A stretch of 64,000 nt of DNA from Gemmatimonadota bacterium. GTDB lineage: Bacteria > Gemmatimonadota > Gemmatimonadetes > Palauibacterales > Palauibacteraceae. The notes beneath the pieces are model-generated. The model had not been told where the DNA came from. It was given only the letters and a program-made list of their open reading frames with translations, and did not search any database. The first letter of the stretch is position 1, and each line of letters starts with the position of its first letter. This document shows, piece by piece, positions 48,471-58,466 of the stretch. The position numbers were made by a program, and so were the translations under genes. Location of the stretch: the NCBI GenBank assembly GCA_039588275.1, contig JBDHAC010000006.1:58807-122806 (forward strand), given 5' to 3'.

Positions 48471-50486
48471 ATGTTAGATCGATTGCTCGAGCAGAAAGTC
48501 CGCAAGCGTCCACCGACGGTCCGGCTGAAAGGTCGGATCCTGTTTCTTACCGAGGACCCGGAGCTCATCCGGCGTCAGCTGGCGGGCGAAGACCTCGAAT
48601 GGGATCCCTCGATCCCGCTGCGGGATGACATCAGCACCGACGAGATCACCCCCGGCTGGGTGTGTTATCACTACGACGAGACGCTGGGCCAGTATCCGTA
48701 CGTGGGGCTCCAGTGCGCTGGAGAGCGCCCGATCGGGAAGGGCGACGTCGCCGAGGGTGGCTTCGTGGCGTCCGTGTCCGGTTTGCGCCGCGGAAAGGGC
48801 TCCAGCCGGGAGGCCGCGCCGTACGCGGAGCGGGCGGCCGGGATCCGCGTCGTGATCGCGGAGAACATCGAGCGAATCTACGGCGAGAACTGCGCGAACC
48901 TCGGCCTCCTGGCTTGCACGGACTTCTCCCTCATCGACGCGATCCGAAGCGGGGACGAGATCCCCCTCGAGGCGTTCATCGGTGACGCCAGCCCGATTCA
49001 GAGGGACATCATCGAGTACGGCGGTCTGCTCGAATACGCCGTCGCCCGGATGCAGGGTCTGGTTCGCGAGCCCGAGATCGCGACGTCGGCGGATCGCCCA
49101 CAGACGATCGCCGAGAAGATCCTCGCGAAGCATTGGGTACGGAAGCTGGCCGGAGACGAGATCGGTGTCTCCGCCGTCGCGCCGGGGGACAGCGGCTTCG
49201 TGAGGACGGACCTGCGCTTCTCGCACGAGTACGTCACCCCGATGGCCTCCACCTTCTGGGAAGAGTTCGCCGGCGACGCGGGTCTCAACGACCCGGACAG
49301 CATCCTCTTCTTCCGCGACCACCTCGCGTTTCTGGATCAGGTGATCACGGAGGAGCGCGTCCGCCTCGGGTTGCTGGATGCGGCCCACGCGCTGGACGAC
49401 CGGCAGCGGGAGTTCGCGGGGGCCAAGGGGATCACCCTGCACGGCGAGCTGGCCGACCGGGTCGGCAGCGAGGCGATCTGCCACGTGATGATGCAGGACC
49501 GTTACGCGTTGCCCGGCCAGGTCATCGTTGGGAGCGACTCACACACGCCGCACTCCGGCTCGCTCGGGTGCATGGCGTTCGGCGTGGGCACCTCCGCGAT
49601 CGTGAACGCGTGGGCCACCAAGGACGTGCGGCTCGAGGTACCGCAGTCGATCCTCGTCCACGTGACGGGGCGTCTGCGCGAGAGCGTTACGGCCAAGGAC
49701 CTAATGCTGGACGTGCTGCGGCACCCCGTGGTGAAGAGCGGAGAGGCGATCGCCCGTATCATCGAGTACGCCGGTGAAGGCGTGAGGGCGCTGGGGATAG
49801 ACGAGCGCGCGACGCTGACGAACATGGCGGCCGAGGTGGGAGGGTTCACGGGGATCGTCGCCCCCGACGAAACGACGGTCGCGTGGCTGGCGGCGCGCAG
49901 GGACCTGGACCCGGACGGGCTCCGGGCCATGATCGAAGGCCTGGAGAGCGACGAGGGGGCGCAATACGCCGCCAGGCTCGAGATCGATGCTTCCGAGATC
50001 GAGCCGATGGTCGCGACGCCCGGTGATCCGGGCAACGGCATCCGGATCTCGCAGCTCGAGGGCGACGTTCCGCTCGACATCGTGTTTATCGGATCGTGTA
50101 CCGGAGCCAAGCGCACCGATTTCGATCTGTACGCGCGCGTCGCCGCCGAGGCCGTCGCTCAGGGGAGGCGCGTTGCCGAGGGGGTACGGTGCATCGCCCA
50201 ATACGGCTCGATAGACGTGGAGGCGTACTGCCGGGAGCGCGGGTACGAGCGGCTGCTCGAGGATGCAGGGTTCGAGGTCCTTGCGCCCGGCTGCGGCGCT
50301 TGCATCAACGCGGGACCCGGGGTCAGCACCTCACCCGATCAGGTGACCATCAGCTCGATCAACCGGAATTTCCCCGGTCGGAGCGGTCCCGGGAAGGTGT
50401 ACCTGGCGAGCCCGCTGACGTGCATGGCGTCGGCGTTCGCGGGGCGAATCGTCGAGTATCGCGCGGCCACCCCGGTGACGGCGTAG
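48471..50486 (+). CDS. Aconitase-family hydro-lyase: fused LeuD-like (N) and LeuC-like (C)
   Basis: ISTDEITP, GSSREAA, then DH, GSDSHT, RATLTNM, IGSCT, PGCGAC, NRNFPGR. Confidence 0.88.
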   Translation: MLDRLLEQKVRKRPPTVRLKGRILFLTEDPELIRRQLAGEDLEWDPSIPLRDDISTDEITPGWVCYHYDETLGQYPYVGLQCAGERPIGKGDVAEGGFVASVSGLRRGKGSSREAAPYAERAAGIRVVIAENIERIYGENCANLGLLACTDFSLIDAIRSGDEIPLEAFIGDASPIQRDIIEYGGLLEYAVARMQGLVREPEIATSADRPQTIAEKILAKHWVRKLAGDEIGVSAVAPGDSGFVRTDLRFSHEYVTPMASTFWEEFAGDAGLNDPDSILFFRDHLAFLDQVITEERVRLGLLDAAHALDDRQREFAGAKGITLHGELADRVGSEAICHVMMQDRYALPGQVIVGSDSHTPHSGSLGCMAFGVGTSAIVNAWATKDVRLEVPQSILVHVTGRLRESVTAKDLMLDVLRHPVVKSGEAIARIIEYAGEGVRALGIDERATLTNMAAEVGGFTGIVAPDETTVAWLAARRDLDPDGLRAMIEGLESDEGAQYAARLEIDASEIEPMVATPGDPGNGIRISQLEGDVPLDIVFIGSCTGAKRTDFDLYARVAAEAVAQGRRVAEGVRCIAQYGSIDVEAYCRERGYERLLEDAGFEVLAPGCGACINAGPGVSTSPDQVTISSINRNFPGRSGPGKVYLASPLTCMASAFAGRIVEYRAATPVTA

Positions 50487-50537
50487 GACGGGCGGCGCCA
50501 GTACGCTACGACGGCGCGTAGCCGGCGGCCATCCTGA

Positions 50538-51989
50538 CTACGCCTCCGCGCCGTGGCGTTTGCGGCGCTCGAAGTGGCGGGGACTGGAGAAACCGTGTCT
50601 CTGCATCTCGCCCCAGTGGGTGAGCCCGCGAAACGCGTTCAGGAAGCCGCGCAACCGCCAGAAGACCGTGAGCTGCCGATACCCGAACGGCTCGGCGAAG
50701 GCGTACAGAAGCAGGCGCGCGAAGTCGCGGGGCCGCTCGTAGACGCGGAACGTCGCCTCCTCGAGTATCACCGCCCATATGCTCAGCATCATCTGGTAAC
50801 CGAGAGCCACGGCCAGAAACAGCAGCGCGAACCGCGAGTCCAGCGTCCCCGCCCACAGCCCGGCCGCCGTAAAGACGTACCCGAAGACCTCCACGACGGG
50901 CGCGAGCATCTCTCCGAAGAAGAAGAATGGGAGAGTGACGAGGCCGATCCGGCCGTATCGCGGGTTGAGCAGCATCCTCCAGTGCGTGAGCATGGTGCGC
51001 ACCAGGCCTCGGTGCCACCGCTCACGCTGGCGTCCCAGCGTCCGAAGGTCCGACGGCACCTCGGTCCATGCAAGAGGGTCGGGTATGAAGACCACCCGGT
51101 ACCCCTTGCCGCTTTCGCGCATGTGCTTGTGCAGCCTGACCACCAGGTCGAGGTCTTCGACGACGTTGCCGGTCGAGTAGCCGCCGACCCGAAGCAGGTA
51201 CTTGCGCTGGAACAAGCCGAAAGCGCCCGAGACGATCAGGTTGCCGCCGAGTCGGTTCCACCCCAGGCGTCCGAACATGAAGGCCCGCAGGTACTCCGGC
51301 ACCTGGACGGCGGCGAGGAACCTCTTGGAAAGCCCCGGTCGAGTCACGCGAGCGTGCTCGATCTCGCACCCGTTTGCGACCCGAATCGTGCCCCCGGCGG
51401 CGACGATGGTCTCATCCAGCACGAACGTCCGGGCCAGACGGATCAACGCATCCGGCATCATGATGGTGTCCGCGTCTACCGCCACGACGAGGGGATAACG
51501 GGCCGCGTTGATGGCGGCGTTCAGGGCGTCGGCCTTCCCGCCGTTTTCCTTGTCGACCACCAGCAGGGTCGGAGCTCTCCGCGAGCGGTAGTACGCGTGC
51601 ACCGGTTTGGTGTGGATCCGACGGGGAATCGCAGGGGGCACCTCGTACAGCTCGAACGCCTCGTGCAGTCGCGCGAGCGTGCCGTCGGTCGATCCGTCGT
51701 TGACGACGATGACCTCGTGCACCGGATACTTGAGGGTCAGCTGAGCCCAAATGCTGTCCGCGATGCCGGCATGCATGTTGTAGGCGGGAACCAGGACGGA
51801 GATGGGTGGCAAGGCCTCCGACGACAGATAGCGACCGATGTTGTCGCTGTGAGTGATCTTCCAGTGGTTCCACAACTCGGGAATTGATAACAGGATGAGC
51901 AGCGCGTAGAAGGAATTGAGGATGAGGAAGTACCAGATGATCAGATCATCGCCCGCACCAATGATCCACGTGAGCGGGTCCATGTCCAC
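50538..51989 (-). CDS. Processive GT2 glycosyltransferase (PgaC/IcaA-like)
   Basis: NDGSTD, GGKADALN, VDAD, EDLD, QRERW; TM segments. Confidence 0.92.
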   Translation of the reverse strand: MDMDPLTWIIGAGDDLIIWYFLILNSFYALLILLSIPELWNHWKITHSDNIGRYLSSEALPPISVLVPAYNMHAGIADSIWAQLTLKYPVHEVIVVNDGSTDGTLARLHEAFELYEVPPAIPRRIHTKPVHAYYRSRRAPTLLVVDKENGGKADALNAAINAARYPLVVAVDADTIMMPDALIRLARTFVLDETIVAAGGTIRVANGCEIEHARVTRPGLSKRFLAAVQVPEYLRAFMFGRLGWNRLGGNLIVSGAFGLFQRKYLLRVGGYSTGNVVEDLDLVVRLHKHMRESGKGYRVVFIPDPLAWTEVPSDLRTLGRQRERWHRGLVRTMLTHWRMLLNPRYGRIGLVTLPFFFFGEMLAPVVEVFGYVFTAAGLWAGTLDSRFALLFLAVALGYQMMLSIWAVILEEATFRVYERPRDFARLLLYAFAEPFGYRQLTVFWRLRGFLNAFRGLTHWGEMQRHGFSSPRHFERRKRHGAEA

Positions 51990-51997
51990 TTTCCCCC

Positions 51998-53107
51998 CTA
52001 CGCCGCCAGCGGGGTGAGGGCGACCTCGGTGAAGTCGACCACGCTCGGGCCGCTGTACTCGGCAATCGCCGCGTCATCCAGTCCGAGGACATACTGCGCC
52101 ATCTCGTACGCATACCGGTCATCTTCCGCCTGCGCGCCGCGCAACGCCCGCAGCCCGGGCTCGCCCAGCCGCCGGAGCGAAAGCGCGGCGCGCAACCTCA
52201 CCCACCAGCTCGGATCGCGCAGCGCAGCCCCCAACACGGCCGCCGCATCGCGGTCCCCGATCGCCCCGATGCCGGCCGCCGCCTGCGCTCGTACCTGCCA
52301 ATCCGGGTCGGCGAGGAAGGACAACAGGGCCGCGTTGCTGCTCGGGTGCGGGAAGTGACCCAGCGTGCGAGCAACGGCGATCCTCACCTCGAGGTCCGAG
52401 CTCCCCGCGTGCGGGAGCACGTAGTCCAGAAAACCGGGCACGGCCAGCTCGCCGACCAGGTCAAGGAGCATCCGGAGCTCGACCGGCCCGCGCGGTGACG
52501 TGAGCCGTTCGGAGAGGATGCGGAGATCGAGACCCGGGGCGGTGGCGAGAACTTCGAGTGGACAGCGGCGGGCGACGGAGCGGGAGGTCTCCGCGATCTC
52601 GAGCGTGTGTTCCACCAGCCGTGCGCTTTGCAGGCGTCTGAGCACCCCCACGGTGGCCAGCCGGACCATTCGGTTCGGATCGGTGATCAGCAGCTCCAGG
52701 GCCGGCAGATCCTCAGGCACGGCCACGATGACGAGCGCGTTGGCAGCCGCGAGCCTTCGCCACCAAAATGATGATGTCGCCCGTGCCATCACGCCGCGGA
52801 ACCACGACGTGTCGCGCAGGTCGCTCAGGAGGAACTCCCACCGGTCGCCGGCCACCTGAGAGCTCAGTCTCTGAAGCGTCTCGACGACCACGCCGAATTC
52901 CGACGCGTCGACGGCGTCGGGGAAGCCGTGCCCGTCGTCCTCGCGCACCAACCACCGGTGGGCGGCGCGAATCAGGTCGTCGCTGTCTCTTCGCGCCCTC
53001 TCGCGGTGCCAGGCGCGAAACGCCCGTCCCAGCATCAGCGTCACGAGCAGGAGCGCGATGAAGACGGCTTGCCCGATGGCCAGGAGGCCGAGCGCGACGA
53101 GGCTCAT
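51998..53107 (-). CDS. Membrane-anchored HEAT-repeat protein
   Basis: N-terminal TM; repeated DP.W.VR..AA.LG units. Confidence 0.88.
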   Translation of the reverse strand: MSLVALGLLAIGQAVFIALLLVTLMLGRAFRAWHRERARRDSDDLIRAAHRWLVREDDGHGFPDAVDASEFGVVVETLQRLSSQVAGDRWEFLLSDLRDTSWFRGVMARATSSFWWRRLAAANALVIVAVPEDLPALELLITDPNRMVRLATVGVLRRLQSARLVEHTLEIAETSRSVARRCPLEVLATAPGLDLRILSERLTSPRGPVELRMLLDLVGELAVPGFLDYVLPHAGSSDLEVRIAVARTLGHFPHPSSNAALLSFLADPDWQVRAQAAAGIGAIGDRDAAAVLGAALRDPSWWVRLRAALSLRRLGEPGLRALRGAQAEDDRYAYEMAQYVLGLDDAAIAEYSGPSVVDFTEVALTPLAA

Positions 53108-54291
53108 GCGCTCGACTCGATCAGGCGCTGGACTCGCGCGAGTAGAATCGGCATGCGGACGGGCTTCACCACGTAGTCGACCGCGCCACTCTGGAAGGCC
53201 AGGACCTGCGCCGCTTCGGAGGCGTCCACGCTGAGAAACACGAATTGAAGGTCGTCCGCTCCGTACCGCCCCCGCTCGCGCACGAGATGGATCCCGTCCA
53301 ACCCGGGGAGCTGGGGCTCCAGGAGGACGACAGGCCGCTGGTCACCCGTCTGTAGCGCCGAAAGGCGGGCCGACGCCTCCCATCCATCCGCATAACCGAG
53401 CACCCGCATGCCCTGGTTGGTCAGCGCGTATGCCAGCATCTCCAGAAACAACGGATCGTCCTGGAGGATGATCACGTTTGGCACCTCGCCGACGACCGCT
53501 CGCGGGCCCGCCGTCGGCCCGCGAGAGGCGCCACGCTCACTCATTTCGCGTGGTCCGTTTCCGCGAGCCAGCAGACCGGGGAGTCGCGCGCGCAGCGGCT
53601 CGCCGAACTCGCTCTTCAACAGGACGGCATCGGCCCCGGCGTGGAGCGCCTCGAGCTCGAAGGGCTCATCCTTGCGGCCCACGAAGAGGAGCACCGGGAG
53701 CGTGCTCCAGCGCTCGGAGGCGCGCAGCGCACGCACCAACGGCAACGGCCCGGAACCCGGCAGGTTACGGCCCAACAGCAGCACCCGGGGAGAGAGCTCA
53801 TCCAGCTTGTCGAACAGGCTGGCGGGGTTCGACAGGGAGTACACGTCGCACCCCACCTGCAGCAGCACCGTCCGGATCTCATCGCGGAACGCCATGTCCC
53901 GCTCGACGACAAGGACGCGTGGATCGTCGGCGAGCGAGCGGCTCCGCGCGTCGCCCCAGAGCTCGATGAGCTCGGTGGCCCCGGGTCGACCTGTCACGTA
54001 CAGCGTGGCCCCTGCGCGCGCCGCCCCCACGCGACCGGCCGTCGAACCGCTGGCTGAGAACACCACCAGCGGGACTCCCGGCGCCAGCTCCGCAAAGCGG
54101 CTCACCATCTCCGACGTGCGCGCGGCGGTCCCAAGGCCCTCGAGCGAGATCAGCTCGAACGGGTGGGAGGCGAGACGCTCGAGCGCCTCGTTCGGCGTAT
54201 CGAACGTCTCCACTTCCCAGTGCTCCAACCGCGCACGGGTCGCCACACGTTGGGCGAACTCCGAATCGCGATCGACCATGAGGGTGCGCAC
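53104..54291 (-). CDS. Triple receiver-domain protein (pseudo-receivers)
   Basis: Three REC-like repeats ending GA.DY/AV..K(P); no output domain. Confidence 0.8.
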   Translation of the reverse strand: MRTLMVDRDSEFAQRVATRARLEHWEVETFDTPNEALERLASHPFELISLEGLGTAARTSEMVSRFAELAPGVPLVVFSASGSTAGRVGAARAGATLYVTGRPGATELIELWGDARSRSLADDPRVLVVERDMAFRDEIRTVLLQVGCDVYSLSNPASLFDKLDELSPRVLLLGRNLPGSGPLPLVRALRASERWSTLPVLLFVGRKDEPFELEALHAGADAVLLKSEFGEPLRARLPGLLARGNGPREMSERGASRGPTAGPRAVVGEVPNVIILQDDPLFLEMLAYALTNQGMRVLGYADGWEASARLSALQTGDQRPVVLLEPQLPGLDGIHLVRERGRYGADDLQFVFLSVDASEAAQVLAFQSGAVDYVVKPVRMPILLARVQRLIESSA

Positions 54292-54568
54292 GTGTCCCGA
54301 TCCAGTTCCGCTTCCACGGCCGATATCGTTCGGCCGACCCAGGTTCCGTTTGTGGTGCTCCTCACCGTTGGAGCAAGGGCGGGGCCGGGGTGGTGTGGGA
54401 CGGCTGACGACTCCCCGTAAGGTGTAATCACCTACCCTACAACGAGTTGACCCCGATGCATCGCTCTGGCGCGTCCCACCCGAGATGCGACGGGGGTTGG
54501 GTGACCTTGCAAATCGCGGAAAGCGGGACGGTACAGGGGGCTGACGGGATTATTGGGTGACGCGCGCG

Positions 54569-55678
54569 CTACCCGTGAATATCCAGGCACGGATCGCCCA
54601 GCACGTCCGGGCGGGGCTCGATTCCGAGGCCGGGCTGGGCAGAGGCCGACATGCGCCCGTTCCGCCTTCGAGGGGCACCTTCGGCCGTGCTCACGCTCAC
54701 GTAGCTGTTGAAGTCGGTGGCCGTGAACAGAAACTCCACCGGCGTGCTGTGCGCGAGGTGCGCGATGGCGGCCGTCGTTACGTCGCCGCCCCAGGAGTCC
54801 TCAAGAGTCATCGCGATTCCGAGCGAGACGCACAGATCACGCGCCTGCCGCGCCTTCGTGAGCCCGCCGAACTTGCTGATCTTGATGTTGACGACGTCCA
54901 TGGCCAGGTCGGCGTGGGCCCGCAGAAGGGAGCGTACGTCGACGATGGTCTCATCGAGTACGAACGGGTGGTCAGAATGGTGCCGGCGGATGGACAGGCA
55001 TTCCTCGTAGCTCGAGCAAGGCTGCTCGATGTAAACGTCGAGGTCTCGTATCGCGCGCACGACACGCGCCGCCTCGTGCCGTAGCCACCCGGTGTTGGCG
55101 TCCGCCACGAGAACATCACCCGGCTTCAGCACCCGTGAGGCCGCCCGAACCCGCTCGACGTCCTCAGCCGGGTCCGACCCGACCTTGAGCTGGAACCGGC
55201 CGTAGCCCTCCTCCCGGTAGGCGGCGACCCTGGCCGCCATGTCGTCCGGCGACTCCTGTGAGATAGCGCGATAGAGGACGAAGTCATCGCCGAATCGTCC
55301 GCCCATCAGGGTGCAAACGGGGAGCCCCGCCACCTTCCCGAGGATGTCCCAGGCAGCCATGTCGAGGGGCGACTTCACGTACGGGTGGCCCTTGAGGGCC
55401 GCATCCATCCGCCGGTTCAGTCGTGAGAGGTGCGTGGGGTCTGCGCCGATAAGGTGCGGGGCGAGCTCCTGCAGGCCGGCACGCACGCCCCCGCCGTACG
55501 CCGGCAGATAGAATGGCCCGAGGGGACAGACCTCGCCCCAGCCCTCGATGCCCGCGTCCGTCTGGACCCGCACGATCGTGCTGTCGAATACGGACACGGA
55601 CTTGCCGCCGGACCAGTTGTAGCTGCCCTCGTGCAAGGGCAGGTCGACCTGATAAGCGGTAATGCGCGAGATCTTCAT
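54569..55678 (-). CDS. Enolase superfamily (MR/MLE) enzyme, cis-3-hydroxyproline dehydratase/Hyp-betaine epimerase-like
   Basis: [39 protein letters not shown]. Confidence 0.85.
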   Translation of the reverse strand: MKISRITAYQVDLPLHEGSYNWSGGKSVSVFDSTIVRVQTDAGIEGWGEVCPLGPFYLPAYGGGVRAGLQELAPHLIGADPTHLSRLNRRMDAALKGHPYVKSPLDMAAWDILGKVAGLPVCTLMGGRFGDDFVLYRAISQESPDDMAARVAAYREEGYGRFQLKVGSDPAEDVERVRAASRVLKPGDVLVADANTGWLRHEAARVVRAIRDLDVYIEQPCSSYEECLSIRRHHSDHPFVLDETIVDVRSLLRAHADLAMDVVNIKISKFGGLTKARQARDLCVSLGIAMTLEDSWGGDVTTAAIAHLAHSTPVEFLFTATDFNSYVSVSTAEGAPRRRNGRMSASAQPGLGIEPRPDVLGDPCLDIHG

Positions 55679-55743
55679 CCGGTCGCCAGTCGACGCACCC
55701 TCACTGCCCGGACATTCGCGTCCGACGTGTGCTCAGCGGCCTG

Positions 55744-58464
55744 CTAACGGTGCGGCTCCACGCTTACTGGGCAGACCTTGAGCTCGGCCGTGTGCGTGAT
55801 CGGGTCGTATCCGCCCCCCGTGAGGACGTTCACCGGCACATCCGCGAAGCTGAAGCTGGCGAACACGGTCCCCCGGGGTGAGCGGTCGGTGGACAGGACT
55901 CGAATTCGCACCGCGCCGCGCGGGCTCTTCACGGTCGCCAGCCCGCCATCTTCGAGCCCCCATGCGTCGACGTCCGCCGGGTTCACCTCGAGGTGTTCTT
56001 CGGACAGCAGGTAGTCGATCCCTTTCGCGCGACCGGTCTGCGTGCGCGTGTGGTAGGACGCCAGGCGGCGCCCGGTCGTGAGCCACACGGGAAACTCGTC
56101 GCTGATCGTCTCTGCGGGATCCCGGTAGCGGATCAGCTTGAACAGCCCGCGGCCGTTCGGGAAGTCCTCTTCGTGCAGCCGGGGGGTTCCCGGGTGATCC
56201 GCGGTCGGCACCGGCCACTGGTACTCGCTGCCCTCGATGCGGTCCCAGTCCAGCCCGTGATAGATGGGCGAAAGCTCGCACAGTTCGTTGAACACGCCCT
56301 CGGCGGACCCGAACTCGAAGCCCTCGAAGCCCATCCGCTGCGCGATCTCGGACACGATCCACCAGTCGGGCTTGGCCAGTCCCGCTGGTGGGACCGCGGC
56401 GCGGAGGCGCTGTACCCGGCGCTCGGTGTTGGTGCACACGCCGTCCGTCTCGCCCCAGGCGGTCGCGGGAAGGACCACGTCCGCGAGCTCCGCCGTCTCG
56501 GTCAGGAAGATGTCGATCACGACGAGGTGGTCGAGGGCCTCGAGCGCGCGCTCGCAGTGCTCGCGGTCGGGATCCGAGACGACCGTATTCTCGCCGTTGA
56601 TGACCATGGCACGGATACGATCGCCGCACATCTCGAGCGCCTGGACCTTGGTGGGTCCTTTCTCGAGATCGGTCTTACGGCCGTACGCCGCCTCGAACTT
56701 GGCCTGGTGCGTCGGATCTTCGACCGACTGGAAGCCGGGGTAGTTGTTGGGGAGCGCGCCACAGTCGCCGGCCCCCTGGATGTTGTTCTGACCGCGCATC
56801 GGATTGATGCCGGTGCCCTCGCGGCCGATGTTGCCCGTCAGCAGTGCCAGGTTGCACAGACCCTGCACGTTCTCCACACCGCATATGTGCTCGGTCACGC
56901 CCAGCGTGTAGTAGATCGCCCCGCGATCCGCCCCCCCGTACCATAGCGCCGCCTGCTCGATCAGCCGCGCGTCCACGCCGGTGATTGACTCCGCCCACTC
57001 CGGGGGGTACTCGCGCACGTGCTCGAGGAAGTCCTCGCCCTCGGCGGTGCGCTCGAGCATGAACGACTCATCCACCAGCCCCTCGCGCTCGATGACGTGC
57101 GCCATGGCCAGAAGCAGCGCGGAATCGGATCCCACTCGTATCGGGAGGTAGACATCGGCGATGTCGGCTAGCGGGATGCGGCGCGGATCCGCCACGATCA
57201 GCTTCGACCCGCGCGCGAGCGCCCGCTTGATGCGGGTCGCGGCGACCGGGTGGCACTCGGTCATGTTGGTCCCGATGCAAAAGATCACATCGGGCTTGTC
57301 CATGTCCGCCAGTGGATTCGACATCGCTCCCCGTCCGATAGAGGCCGCCAGACCGGCGACCGTGGGGGCGTGTCAGGCACGGCTACAGTTGTCGATGTGG
57401 TTCGTCCCCAGCCCGGCGCGCATGAGCCGCTGCATCATGTACGCGGCCTCGTGCGGCGCGCGCCCCGAAGCCACCCCGTAGACGCTGTGCCTGCCGTGAT
57501 CGTCCACCACCTTCTTGAGGCCGTCGGCCGCTCGGTTGAGGGCGGTATCCCAATCCGTCTCGTGGAAGTGCCCATCCTCCCCGCGCACCAGCGGGGCCGC
57601 GAGCCGGTCGGGGTGCTGCACGAAGTCGAACGCGAACTGTCCTTTCACGCACAGAGCGCCGTGGTTCGCGGGTCCGTCCATCGCGGGGAGGACCCCGATC
57701 ATGCGGTCGCCCCTGGTCATCACGTCGACGGAGCACCCGACACCGCAGTACGGGCAGATCGTGCGCGTGGTCTCGGTCTCGCCTGGCACGTCGGCGTTGG
57801 CGAGCGCCTTCAGGTCACCGAGCGCACCCGTCGGACACGTCTGGATGCACTGGCCGCAGAACGTGCACGCCGAATCCTTCAGAAGCCCGTTGAACTCCGT
57901 CGTGATCTGGGTGTGAAACCCCCGATTCATGATCGAGATCGCGTAGTCGCCTTCCTGCTCCGCGCACACGCGGACGCACCGGTAGCAGGAGATGCAGTTC
58001 TCGTAGTCGCGCAGGATGAACGGGTTGTCGTCGTCCGGGCGGCTCGTCCCCGATCGCGCCCCCTCGAATCGACCGCTTCGCGCTCCGTACTCGTCGACCA
58101 GCTCGCGCATCTGTTGCGAGGCGTAGCCGGACAGCGGGTCCACATCGACCTCGCGGTTCTCGGACACGACCATCTCGAGCAGCACGCGGCGGTGCATCTC
58201 GAGCCTCGTGCTCCTGGTGGTGACGGCCATGCCAGGCTCCGCCCGCGTCGTGCACGAAGCGACCGGTACCCGGCTCCCTTCCAGCTCGACGATGCACAAC
58301 CGGCAGCCGCCGAACGGCTCGAGCCGCGGATCGTAGCACAGGTTGGGGATCTCCTTCTTGTGACGCTCCGCGACCTCGAAGACCGTCTCGCCCCGGTTGA
58401 CCGCGACCGTCTCCCCATCGAGCCTGATCGTGAAGTCCATCGAGTCGTTCCCCTTCGGACTCAT
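55744..58464 (-). CDS. fdhF: Selenocysteine-containing formate dehydrogenase alpha subunit (about 906 aa)
   Basis: Two ORF-track pieces are in one frame, joined by TGA 57373-57375 in NCSRA-U-HAPTVAGL; N-terminal 2Fe-2S/4Fe-4S, CPYCGVGC, RGQNN, TTGR. Confidence 0.93.
57343..57361 (-). promoter_or_regulatory. Bacterial SECIS element
   Basis: Hairpin GGTCGCC-GGTCT-GGCGGCC starting 11 nt after UGA, same geometry as E. coli fdhF SECIS. Confidence 0.85.
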
Positions 58465-58466
58465 GG

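Noticed and set aside
57373..57375. FDH alpha as a nonsense pseudogene or two genes
   Set aside because: The UGA is at the conserved Sec position and is followed by a SECIS hairpin
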